DNA from: Saccostrea echinata
Lineage: Eukaryota
Assembly: GCF_033153115.1 (NCBI RefSeq)
Contig: NW_026889759.1
Coordinates: forward strand, 10,726,001 to 10,790,000
Length of the DNA: 64,000 nucleotides
Reading direction: 5' to 3'
Part shown: positions 11,301 to 20,900 of the stretch, one piece after another
Layout of the letters: each line of letters begins with the position of its first letter
How positions within the stretch are numbered: the first letter of the stretch is position 1
Notes under the pieces: generated by a model
What the model saw: only the letters and a program-made list of their open reading frames with translations
Databases searched by the model: none
Told to the model about the DNA's origin: nothing
Position numbers and translations under genes: made by a program

Positions 11301-14300
11301 TGAAAAAGGAAGGATTTTAATAATAAAACTGTCAATAATATAGCATTAAATTATACAAAAAGATCATTATTAATTAATGAATACTTCTAAGCATGAATAG
11401 AAGTCTTTTCGTCACACAACCTGAATCTTTAAAAAAATGTGTTGCACTCCTGACCATAGAAATATGGATCTGAAGCACAGACAGATCCTGTAATTGATAA
11501 TTTATTTGGTAAAAATGTTCTTTGTGTCTTTATTTTCCAAAATAAAAATCAGAAAATCATATAATGATAATAGTTTTTTCATGCTTGGGAGCAAAACATC
11601 AAATGTTGCACTCCTGACATTTTTGGGTATGCACATATACTTGACTCTCATTAATGCTGCTTGTGATTTATATAACATTTTTAAGTTTTAAAATGTATAT
11701 CAGTTACTATTTTACACTTCCAAAATTCTTTTTTGTCTTAATTTTCTATCAGAATTTTACAATTGATGTTTTTTGGCAACACTACATTTTTTCTGTTGCA
11801 CTCCTGACATGGTATTACATTTTTTAAAACATCAGCCATGACCACAACTTGATTAAACAAAAGTTATGACAGTCCACATTTAAAGCTCAATACTCTGAAT
11901 ATTATCAGGAAAGTCTTTATTTTCAACATGAAGCATTATTTTTTATTGCACAGATCTCCAGAAAATATTGAAATTTCAAAATGTCACAAAAAGGTGTTGC
12001 ACTCCTGACAATTTTAGCATCATTTTTGGGCATAACTTTTTTGTTAATTGAGATATCAACGAGATATTTGGCAGGTATTTAGACACCATCTAAAGACATA
12101 TGCTGAGACATAGAAATCTATTTTCATTGCCTGTATTTTTAGTGTGGGTTGATAAATATGCATTTGGTCATTTTTTTTAATTCACCCATAAACAAAAGTC
12201 TAAGAATATCAGATTAATAGTCTACCACTGTTGAGGGGGCAAGTGATAAGTGATTTCCATCCAGTGCCTCTGAGCTTCATAATCACCAAACATAGGTGGT
12301 CTTCCAGCCCCTTAAAAAAGATCCAGACCATGATATGCTGTTTGCAAATAGCCACTTTGGAATAAGCACAAGTTTATTATTGATCATTNNNNNNNNNNNN
12401 NNNNNNNNNNNNNNNNNNNNNNNNNNNNNNNNNNNNNNNNNNNNNNNNNNNNNNNNNNNNNNNNNNNNNNNNNNNNNNNNNNNNNNNNNNNNNNNNNNNN
12501 NNNNNNNNNNNNNNNNNNNNNNNNNNNNNNNTTTGTGATTGAGAATAATCAGGAAAATTAAACTCATTTTTTAGCAGTTGTGTATTGCCGTTAGGGGTAA
12601 ACCACTATAATCATTTAACCGTTCCATCAGACATCATCCAAAAAATTGTAAAGCAAGAAAATTATTTCTTCTGTCTTAAAACTTTCCTTATAACTAGGAA
12701 ATAAAACAATCATGTAAGTTTATATACAATCTATTTATAGAGCAAGGTGCCAGTAAAACACATCACAAATTAACAATACAATGTAATTCACAATCTCAAT
12801 TTTCTGAAAATTCAGTCACATTATAACTACATAGGTAGAAATAGTCTTTGGACTGGACCTCATGGAAATGCAACTTACATACAACGTCATCTGATGTCAC
12901 AGTCTAGACTGTGTCTCATGCGGTTCGAATTTTGAAGAGGTGGTTCAAAGTTACAAGTGTAAGCTGTGTAAATGTTTTTTTATGGTAAAACTGCTATCGC
13001 CCTAACAGTCACACTGTAAAAAATATTACAGTATAAACAACAGGGGTTGAAATATACGGTAGCCCGACTCCCGGGGCTTGTCATTTTTAGACTCAGGCTA
13101 CCTTATTCAAATGTAACGATAGTCAGTCGGACTAGCTGAATGGGAAAAAAAATCTCGTCAGTTTACTTTCTTCTTTTATGTAGACTGGTTCCTTTTGACT
13201 GAGAACTAGCTGAATTTGTTTCAGTCACCAAAGAGACTGAAACTTCAACTTGTTACGTTTTCATTTTGCATAAAAAAAAATTATTGGGTAGTTAGTTTGA
13301 GGTTTGGGCTAGTAACTTTTCACTGATGATAGTAGCCCCTGGCTAGTGGGATTTCCAGGAAAATTTCAACCCCTGAACAATCATTGACCATTAACATGAT
13401 TAAATAAACAATTTTTTAAACAGTAAAACTAGATCACTACAGTAGCTAACGTACTGAGGATAAGCATTGTCATCAAATGTAATATGTTGACGGGACGAAC
13501 GTATGGGTGAACACAGATACCTATTCACCTATTTAATTTATATCCACCTCATAGTCTTCAAACCACGAGACATTTTGAATGTCTAGACTGACATCACATG
13601 AAGTTGTATGAGGGGATTTGAAATGTTCTGAGAACTGTTTGATAAAATATTAACCGTATACATGTATCAGAAATTACCGAGTTTGATATAAATGGACAAA
13701 TCACAAAAATATACACATAATGTGATGTCACTTTGTAATTTTTATTATGTTATAACTCCAAAAAGGATGTAAGAATCTTGTGTGTTTAGCATACTGACCA
13801 TAAAAATGACGAAACAAGAGACACAATTTCAGTAAAGTAAAATTTTAAAGTCAACGTTTGTTCATTACTTGGATGAATACTAACGGACACAACTGCCAGT
13901 TGGGAAAATGTTTAAGACTACCAGTCTATCATATGGAGTTATATTCAGGAGCTCGTATACTATAGGCTATAGTTCTGAGGTGGTTTAAGAGTGTGTCAAA
14001 CATAGCATGTTATTATCAACTCTCGTGCAAAACCTTGGGTAAAAAAGACGCCGCTTTGAGAAAATCACAAAGTTGACAATCACGAACAATCCTAGTTTAT
14101 ATCAAGCTGTAACCGTGCTTTACTTTGTCTATAAGATTTAGTTATAATTTCGAATTTCCTCTGTCAAATTAAAAAATAAAAGTTTCCAGAAGATTAACTG
14201 AATGTTTGAATCCATCTCATTAATCATAAACAATATTAAATAAATAGAACCTGAATATTTGTGAAGGGAAACCAGCCATCGCACCAAAACAGCAACGAGC

Positions 14301-14329
14301 AGAGCAACAACGTACGCTGACTTGTGCAT
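2332..14329 (-). CDS. ALG6: Dolichyl-PP-Man9GlcNAc2 alpha-1,3-glucosyltransferase, complete, 14 coding exons
   Basis: Exons: 14251-14329, 12226-12310, 9242-9331, 9030-9118, 8749-8828, 8565-8629, 7850-8026, 7629-7764, 6241-6326, 5676-5760, 5300-5370, 4831-4899, 4150-4291, 2332-2529. Motifs: [105 protein letters not shown]. The C-terminus KKVQ is a KKXX ER-retrieval motif. Confidence 0.96.
4347..4504. mobile_element. Tc1/mariner (pogo/Tigger-like) MITE, copy 2
   Basis: CAATTGAACTTC...GGTTTGACTG followed by TA; aligns with 771-952 and 44764-44938. Confidence 0.8.
5018..5130. mobile_element. Short foldback (hairpin) MITE-like element
   Basis: ATCTGAGATTCCTCT...AACCCCTGCTTTTAT..TTGTGACAT pairs with ATGTCACAA..ATAAAAGCGGGGGTT...AGAGGAATCTCAGAT; nearly the whole element is an inverted repeat. 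Confidence 0.7.
5458..5668. mobile_element. Palindromic MITE
   Basis: TIRs ACTGTATACAGGG / CCCTGTATACAGT with internal TTTCGCCC / GGGCGAAA repeats. Confidence 0.75.
5890..6080 (+). mobile_element. Truncated Helentron-associated (HINE-like) fragment
   Basis: TTTTACTCACCTGAGCTAAGAGCTCAGATGACCTTTTCTGATCA...CCCTTCCAAAGGGAGATAAT resembles the start of 37284-39422. Confidence 0.6.
6535..6715. repeat. Two-unit tandem repeat, ~90-bp period
   Basis: ATCAGA(C/T)AGCTATAGAAATTG(C/T)TAAATAC...TTTGTTTTTACAATTT..ATCTATTG occurs twice. Confidence 0.7.
7351..7396. mobile_element. 46-bp palindromic micro-element (CAGGGAC...GTCCCTG)
   Basis: Same ends as 15727-15753. Flanks CTTCCAT / CTTTTAT match at 5 of 7 positions, consistent with a decayed 7-bp TSD. 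Confidence 0.55.
8027..8564 (-). other. U12-type (minor spliceosome) GT-AG intron in ALG6
   Basis: Donor GTATCCTTT at 8564 matches the U12 consensus. Branch point TCCTTGAC (8037-8044) lies ~10 nt from the AAG acceptor, and there is no polypyrimidine tract. The intron interrupts GHFQ|YN. Confidence 0.92.
8082..8467. mobile_element. hAT-type MITE
   Basis: TIRs TAGGGATG / CATCCCTA, perfect 8-bp TSD GTACTCTA (8074-8081 and 8468-8475), subterminal CGATA/TATCG repeats. Confidence 0.9.
9863..12190. mobile_element. Non-autonomous TIR DNA transposon (~2.3 kb) with seven internal identical 15-mers
   Basis: TIRs TATGGGTGAATTAAAAAAAAATGACCA / TGGTCATTTTTTTTAATTCACCCATA. TGTTGCACTCCTGAC at 10398, 10755, 11101, 11440, 11604, 11794 and 11995. 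No coding ORF. Confidence 0.8.
12389..12531. other. Assembly gap (N run) in ALG6 intron 1
   Basis: Run of about 143 N. Confidence 0.99.
12870..13612. mobile_element. Old degenerate TIR element surrounding the 13041-13375 insertion
   Basis: CATACAAC.TCATCTGATGTCA..GTCTAGAC..TGTCTC (~12878-12917) is the inverse of GAGACA...GTCTAGACTGACATCACATGAAGTTGTATG (~13567-13610). Confidence 0.5.
13041..13375. mobile_element. CAGGG-ended MITE with an apparent 5-bp TSD
   Basis: TIRs CAGGGGTTGAAAT / ATTTCAACCCCTG with AACAA directly on both sides; GGGCTA(G/C)-type subterminal repeats. Confidence 0.75.
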
Positions 14330-14781
14330 AGTCAATGTCAATAATTACTTGCATCTTCCAGCCAAAATTAACTTTTTTAAAACGTAATTCTGACCATAAA
14401 TCATTAAGCGATACAAAGTTCCATTCGTGGAGGTCTGTCTATGTTTTGGTAGAAAACCTTTCTAAGATTGGGGAAAAAAGACTATCTCATACAAATGACT
14501 TTTTTTTTACAAAAAGAGAAATCAAAAACCGAAATAGATTTAAAATGTCTCTTTGCATGTATAATTCCGAATAAAACAGGTACAACTGGATGAATGAAGC
14601 CTTCTTGCGTATTACGCATGCTCAGCGTTCTTAGTTTCCTCTAAAATATTTGCCTAGTCTGGTTTAGTCTTGTTTTGACAGTTAAATATTAGTAAATAGT
14701 AAATATATTGCATTGTTAAATCCTGCATGCTAAAGAGACATCACATTTTCACGTAACAAGAAGATTTGTAACTGAACGTAG
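14330..14781. promoter_or_regulatory. Probable bidirectional promoter of ALG6 and EFCAB7, including a non-coding first exon of EFCAB7
   Basis: The two ATGs diverge only ~670 bp apart. A strong donor G|GTAAGT at 14781 would splice to the TTACAG acceptor at 14996. A palindrome TGCGTATTACGCA and an NRF1-like ACGCATGCTCA lie at 14606-14624. Confidence 0.6.
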
Positions 14782-14997
14782 GTAAGTATTAAAGTTTATT
14801 TATCTTGAAAGCTAAATGCAGTGCAAGTGGACATTACATTCACATATATAGCTGCTGAATCAGATTTTTTTTTTTAATTATGAAATTTTATTTGTTCAAT
14901 AAAAGGTCAATTGAAATAGAGAAGACAATTAAGTTCAATGTCACTGGTTTCACCTTTAATTTCTATTTCTGTAATGTATACCTTTGTTTGTTACAGA

Positions 14998-17900
14998 ATG
15001 TCAAGGCGGGCCAGTCGGACTTCCTTAGGTGGGGATAATGGAGAGTTCTACCTTGAGTGTAAAGCTGCTTACTTGTCTATTTATGACAATATCAAGGATG
15101 AGATTGATTCATTAGAGGACCTCATCCAAGGTTTGTTTTAAAGGATAAATGGCTCTTCTTTCCATCTTATTCTTTAAAAAAAACATTTAAGGCCATATGG
15201 TTTGGGTTTAAGCACTAGTCTTATGAGCATTATGATTTGGAGAAGGATTTAACTTCAACAGGGGTAGACAAATAGAATTTTTCAGTACTTGCCCTCGGAC
15301 AGGTTACCATCGTAAAATTACTTGTCCTACCAAAAAATATGCTTGTCCCACCTTTTTCTTGATTAACACAAAATTAAAGCATTATCGTTAAAAATTAAAT
15401 TATTTCTCAACTGATACACTACATGGGGACCAAACTAGACACAAAATCACTTAATTTTTCCATGGAAAAATTTAGGGGTAAGTCTTGTTCCAGGAAGATT
15501 TCTTAGCTTGAGCAGTGTGCATGATCTAAACTTTTCTCTGTGTTACTTTATCATCCCAAAAATACTCAAAGCGAAAAAAAAATGAAGACGTCAAATCATT
15601 TGATGTTTTCCAATTGCAAGGCATATGAATTTCAAGCATTAGAATTAAAGTCTATATTGTCAACTTACAATTTCTCAACTGAAAAAAATTATTTCATGCA
15701 TACATGATCACAGTTCAATATTTTAGCAGGGACCTATATATGTTAGGTCCCTGATTTTAGTAGTAAAATTTTACATTTAAGATTCAGATTTCTTTCTGTA
15801 TTTTCTGGGTATTAGTAAAGTCAAAGTTTCAGTCTATTTTCTTCAAAATTCTTTAATGAGGTATTCCCTTTTTTTTTTATTATTCAAAAATAATGTGTAT
15901 TTATTTAATTGAAAACAAAAAATATATAAAGTATTTGATTATGAAAACCACCACTGCATGCCGATTGTGACTTTCAGTGATCGCCAGTCAACAACTCCAA
16001 TTTTAATATCAGTATAAAACGTTTGCATTCACGGCATGAATTTTTACAGTATTTTTTACAATACCTAAAAAAGGTCTAAAATCCTCTTCAACTTTTTGAC
16101 ATGGATTCGATAGCTGCTATGTTTTACGTCTTGTATATATTTTAACTACACATGAATGGGTAAATTCTAGAGGAGTTCCGACCGAGTATTTGATGTAGTG
16201 ATGAACAGCAGCGAAAAACAGGTGCTCTACTGTGATTCATTACATTTCAACAGCGATAAAACAAACAACATTTGATTTTTTGTTAACTGGAGAAGCACTT
16301 GTCCGTGGGCAGGTACCACTTATCAAATAACTTGCCCGCCAAACAAAATTGGTTGTCCCGGGCGTCGGGCACTGCTATTTGTCTAGCCCTGACTTCAAAT
16401 ATGTTTTAGTAAAATGTAGCAATTTTGCTGAGAGTTAAAATTGTGGTATTGGAACAATGCTTCTTTTTATTTCAGTTTTATTTTTGATTATGACCCAAGT
16501 GTCAAAATTATGGACCATACACAGGTACTTAAGAAGGGGCAATTAAACTCCATATTTCTTTTCAGTTTTACAGCAGGCTGGTAGAAATCCATCAAAAAGA
16601 GTTTTGTCAAAATATTGGAAATCTGATACAGGTAGAGATTTTCCTATAAATTAAATTCCTTTAGCTGATGTACAACAAAATATTTTAGGATGTTTTCAAA
16701 AAATTTGCTTTCCTTTGGTGAATTGGATCTTTCAGAATGATTTTTGGATGAACAATGTATAAATTAATGAACTTTATTATTTTCAGACCACTTAACATTT
16801 GATGATTTTGTTGAAATCTGTAAAAAGGAAAAGGCCACAACTGCTGATGACTTAATGAAGGCATTCAGAAAGATTGACATTAATGGCGATGGTTATATTT
16901 CTCTAGAGGAGTTGTACAAAATCATGACCACTGTGAGTCAAGCATGATAAAACACATATATGAAAGTTATTTCCATCATATACAATTCTTGTGTAGCTCA
17001 AAATGTCTGACTTTTTTCTTTGCTGTCCTCTTAATTCTATTGAATTTTTTACTACACTGTATTTTCAAATTTAGAAAGGTGAGAAGATGAGTCGTTCAGA
17101 GGTTAAAAAGATGATTGATGAAGTGGATGAAAATAAAGATGGTCGCCTGGATTATGGGGAGGTAATTGAAGTATATGCTGCGGATATACATAAGATTGAT
17201 GAATATGTGGTTCAGTGTTTTAGAAGGAGTATAAATAATTACAAAACAAATATAAATTTGTTAATTTGTTTATCTTGGTAGCTTGACTATGCAGAGGTAT
17301 AAATGTTTCAAGAGTCCCAACCTTTTAAACACTGCATGATAAAAGAAAAGTTCACTGCTATTTGTTTTCAGTAAAAGAATGTGCTTCATTAAACATGGGC
17401 AGGCTAAAGCATGATCTTTGTTGTCAAGGAGAATGTATACATGTATATAAATTAAGCAAATCTATTTTAGTTCGATACTTCATGTGTATATTGTGTTCTT
17501 ATCACCTTTTCAGAAAATTTTATATTACTAGTAAAAACTGTGATATCAAAAACTCATCTAACCATCTATTATTTTGATAAGTGAAGGTGTCAAAGTTTTG
17601 GAGCATGTCCATTACAAAGAAATTTTATGTTTCTACTATGACCAAGCTTGCATGGTTGATGCATCAAAAGATACATGCTAACTGTCTTGCTTAGAAAGCC
17701 GCAGTTGATGTGTAGTTTTAGTTATTGAAAGGCTTTTAATGTTGAACATACAGTTGTACATATAATTAATAGATCTTACTAAATTTTATTCAATATTAGA
17801 CTTTGCCTTATGGACAAGTAACATTTGTCGAAGTGAGTGGGTTATTCTTTTAATATTTTGTCACTTTATTACTGTTAAACAGTTTTGTAAGATGATCATG

Positions 17901-20900
17901 GAAACAACAGAGGAATGTAAGAAAGCATCTCGTCGAATCATGGAGAAAAAAGAACAAAAAAGAAGGAAGGAAGATCTTACCAAAACAAGTAAAACATTTC
18001 ATAAACCTTTGTTAAACCTTTATTGAAATTTAAAAATGCATGTATACTGTATGATTCTTTAGATCTTACTATAGATTGAAAACATGAAATTGAGATTATG
18101 ATAGTGATTAAAATGCATTTCAGTATACAGGGTTCATAGCTTATGAAATAATTGTAAGATAGTTAATGTGAACTTCTACTAATGCTACACTCAAATGTTA
18201 ACTTTTGAGAAAAAAATGTTAATGAGGTATTGTTGACTTTGAAAAAAAAAAGTTTTGTCCACACAGGTGATTCTAGGTCAGGGTCACAGATATCAGTTAA
18301 ATCTGCAGCATCCGTAAAAAGTAAGAGCCCGCTACAGTTTTCACTGGTGTGGCATCACAACTTTGCACATTCCCCATCCATTTTGCTCATACATCTAACC
18401 TATGCTTGATGATAAACAATTCCTAAATTTCAGTTTATGGTTTTTGAATTTATTTTCTGAAGCTATTCATCATTGCTGGAGAATATAGTCATAAAAAAGC
18501 AGTAGTTCAACAGAATAATGTGAATATAATATTTTTGGCTAGAATCCAGCAATTACTTTATTGTAATTAAAAAATATTAACAAAAGATGCCATATATCAA
18601 ATTTCCTAATTTTTAATTTAATTAGAATATTTACATAAATATGTTGATGGTAAAACTCTTTTACCAGCTCTTAATGCAGCTATCATTCCTGGCTTGAAAT
18701 CTCTGTACATGTATTTAAAAAGTGCTTGTATAAAAAGATATATATTTTTGCTTTATGCCATCTATGCATTTTTTTTCTCCTGAGCATAGAATTCAGTATC
18801 CAATGCTGCAAATAAAAATGGGGGATTCAGCTCTCTGTTGATTTTATCCTTCATTACAAACATCCATTTCATTGTGTGTCCAAGCAGCTCTTCATTTTGT
18901 GATGTGATGTTGTTGTACAAACACTCTCACTTAACAGGATAAAAGTGTGATCCTAATAAATACATAAAAAATCTCACTCGAGATTTAATCCTGTTGTCAG
19001 GATAAGATGGCTAGACTGATCAGTATTTGTTGTCTGTAATTTTAAAACCTATTGTTAACACTAGTAATCATGCATTTACAAATAGGTCACAGAAATATGT
19101 ATGCCATTCTTCTCTATCCAAAAATTATTGAATTCATGCAGTTTATGATCCATGTAGAACATATCACAGTGCACTCATTTGACCCTCCACCCCAGACCTT
19201 AAATAAATAATCTGAGATTTAATATTACCTTGTTTCTTAAATTGCTTGTAGATTTTAAGATTTTTTTTATTACTACTCTATTAACAATATCTTTCAAAGT
19301 CTATAAACTCTCTTTGCTAATTTTTTTTTGGCTTGATCCATTTCACTTACCCAAACCATGAAATCCAAAATTCGATTTTATTTCATTCTTTTGCTTTTTT
19401 ACCCCTTAAATTCCTGTTAGATATATTATTTTTTTATTAAATTGTTTGCATATTTACCATCTCATTTTCTTTTGACAAAAAAAAAATGGCTTGGAATTTT
19501 TTAAATTCCAGTATTAAATTCTGAAGTATGGCTTCCACTACAAGTGTATTGTATGTTTCCCTTCATTTAATTGCAGGTCACAGTGAGAGGCCAATGTCTG
19601 CTTCCTCCAGATCTAACAGAGGTAAAAAGAGGTTTTACAAATGTTCTGTACTTGTAGTGTCTATTAGAAATCAAATAGAGGCTGATTGCATGACTACATG
19701 TTAATGAAATAGACATCACACAATAGATGAGTTGATTAATGCTCAGAGTAGATGGGAAGCTAGTGTAAAAGTAGATACAGCAAGGCAGAATTAAACAATA
19801 TTACAGTGGGGTGTGTGGTAAACAGCAGTGGAAATATGTACTATAGCTTTGTTAATGCTCACTTTAATGGATGTGTGTGAATGCTACATTCATTTATTAA
19901 CTTAACTCTGGAATTTGATCCCTTCTCTCTGATATTAATTAGATATATAATACAATTTGAAAGACATCTATTTTCTTTTAAATCTTATTTTCATTTTTCA
20001 AAATGCATAATTGAGCAGGCAATTATATCATTAAGGGATTTTATATACACTATTTCTAATCCATTATTGTATGGTATTAGTAGTTTTAACATGTAACACT
20101 GTGTAAAACTTGTATGGAAATATGTTAGATGATAAAGTTGCTATGGAGGAACCAAATGTGTCTTCAGAGGCATCAGAGCCACCTAAAGAAGACAGTGCTG
20201 TCACTCAGGAGAACACAGGGTCAAAGGTTTCACTAAGGTCAAAGGACAATGATCAAGCATCTACCAAAGGTTTGGGATCTAGGGTATCATTAAAATCAAA
20301 CAAGGAGGAAGATAAGCAGAAATCCCAAGGCATGGGATCCAAAGTATCTATTAAAGAGGAAATATCAGAATCTAAAGTAGAGGAACCAGGAGCAACAACA
20401 CAAAATATGGGATCTAAAGTATCATTAAGATCAAGCAGGGAAGAAAAAAAGCAGGAATCCCAAGGCATGGGATCCCAAGTATCTATTAAGGAGGAAATAT
20501 CAGAATCTAAAGCAGAGGAACCAGCAAATATGGGATCTAAAGTATCATTAAAATCAAGCAAGGAGGAAAATCAGCAGAAATCCGAAGGCATGGGATCTCA
20601 AGTATCTATTAAGGAGGAAATTTCAGAATCTAAAGCAGAGGAACCAACTTCATCAACACAAAATATGGGATCTAGAACATCAGTGAAATCTAAAGAAGAT
20701 GGGACTAGTAACACTGAAGTAACAGGTTCTACTACTTTGCTCAATACTAAGGAGGAAAAGTCTGAAGCTATGGGATCCAAGGTGTCCCTGAGGTCAAGGA
20801 AAGATTCTAAAGCAGATATAAGTGGTTCAAAGCTCTCCCTGAAATCGAAAGATGGAGATACTGTCAAACAAGAAACTATGGGATCTAAAGTTTCTCTGAA

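Noticed and set aside
10398-12009. 15-mer array as a CRISPR array
   Set aside because: The repeat is too short, the spacers are 150-340 bp and uneven, there are no cas genes, and it lies in a eukaryotic intron inside a TIR element.
12283-12567. ORFs spanning the N run
   Set aside because: Artefacts of the assembly gap.
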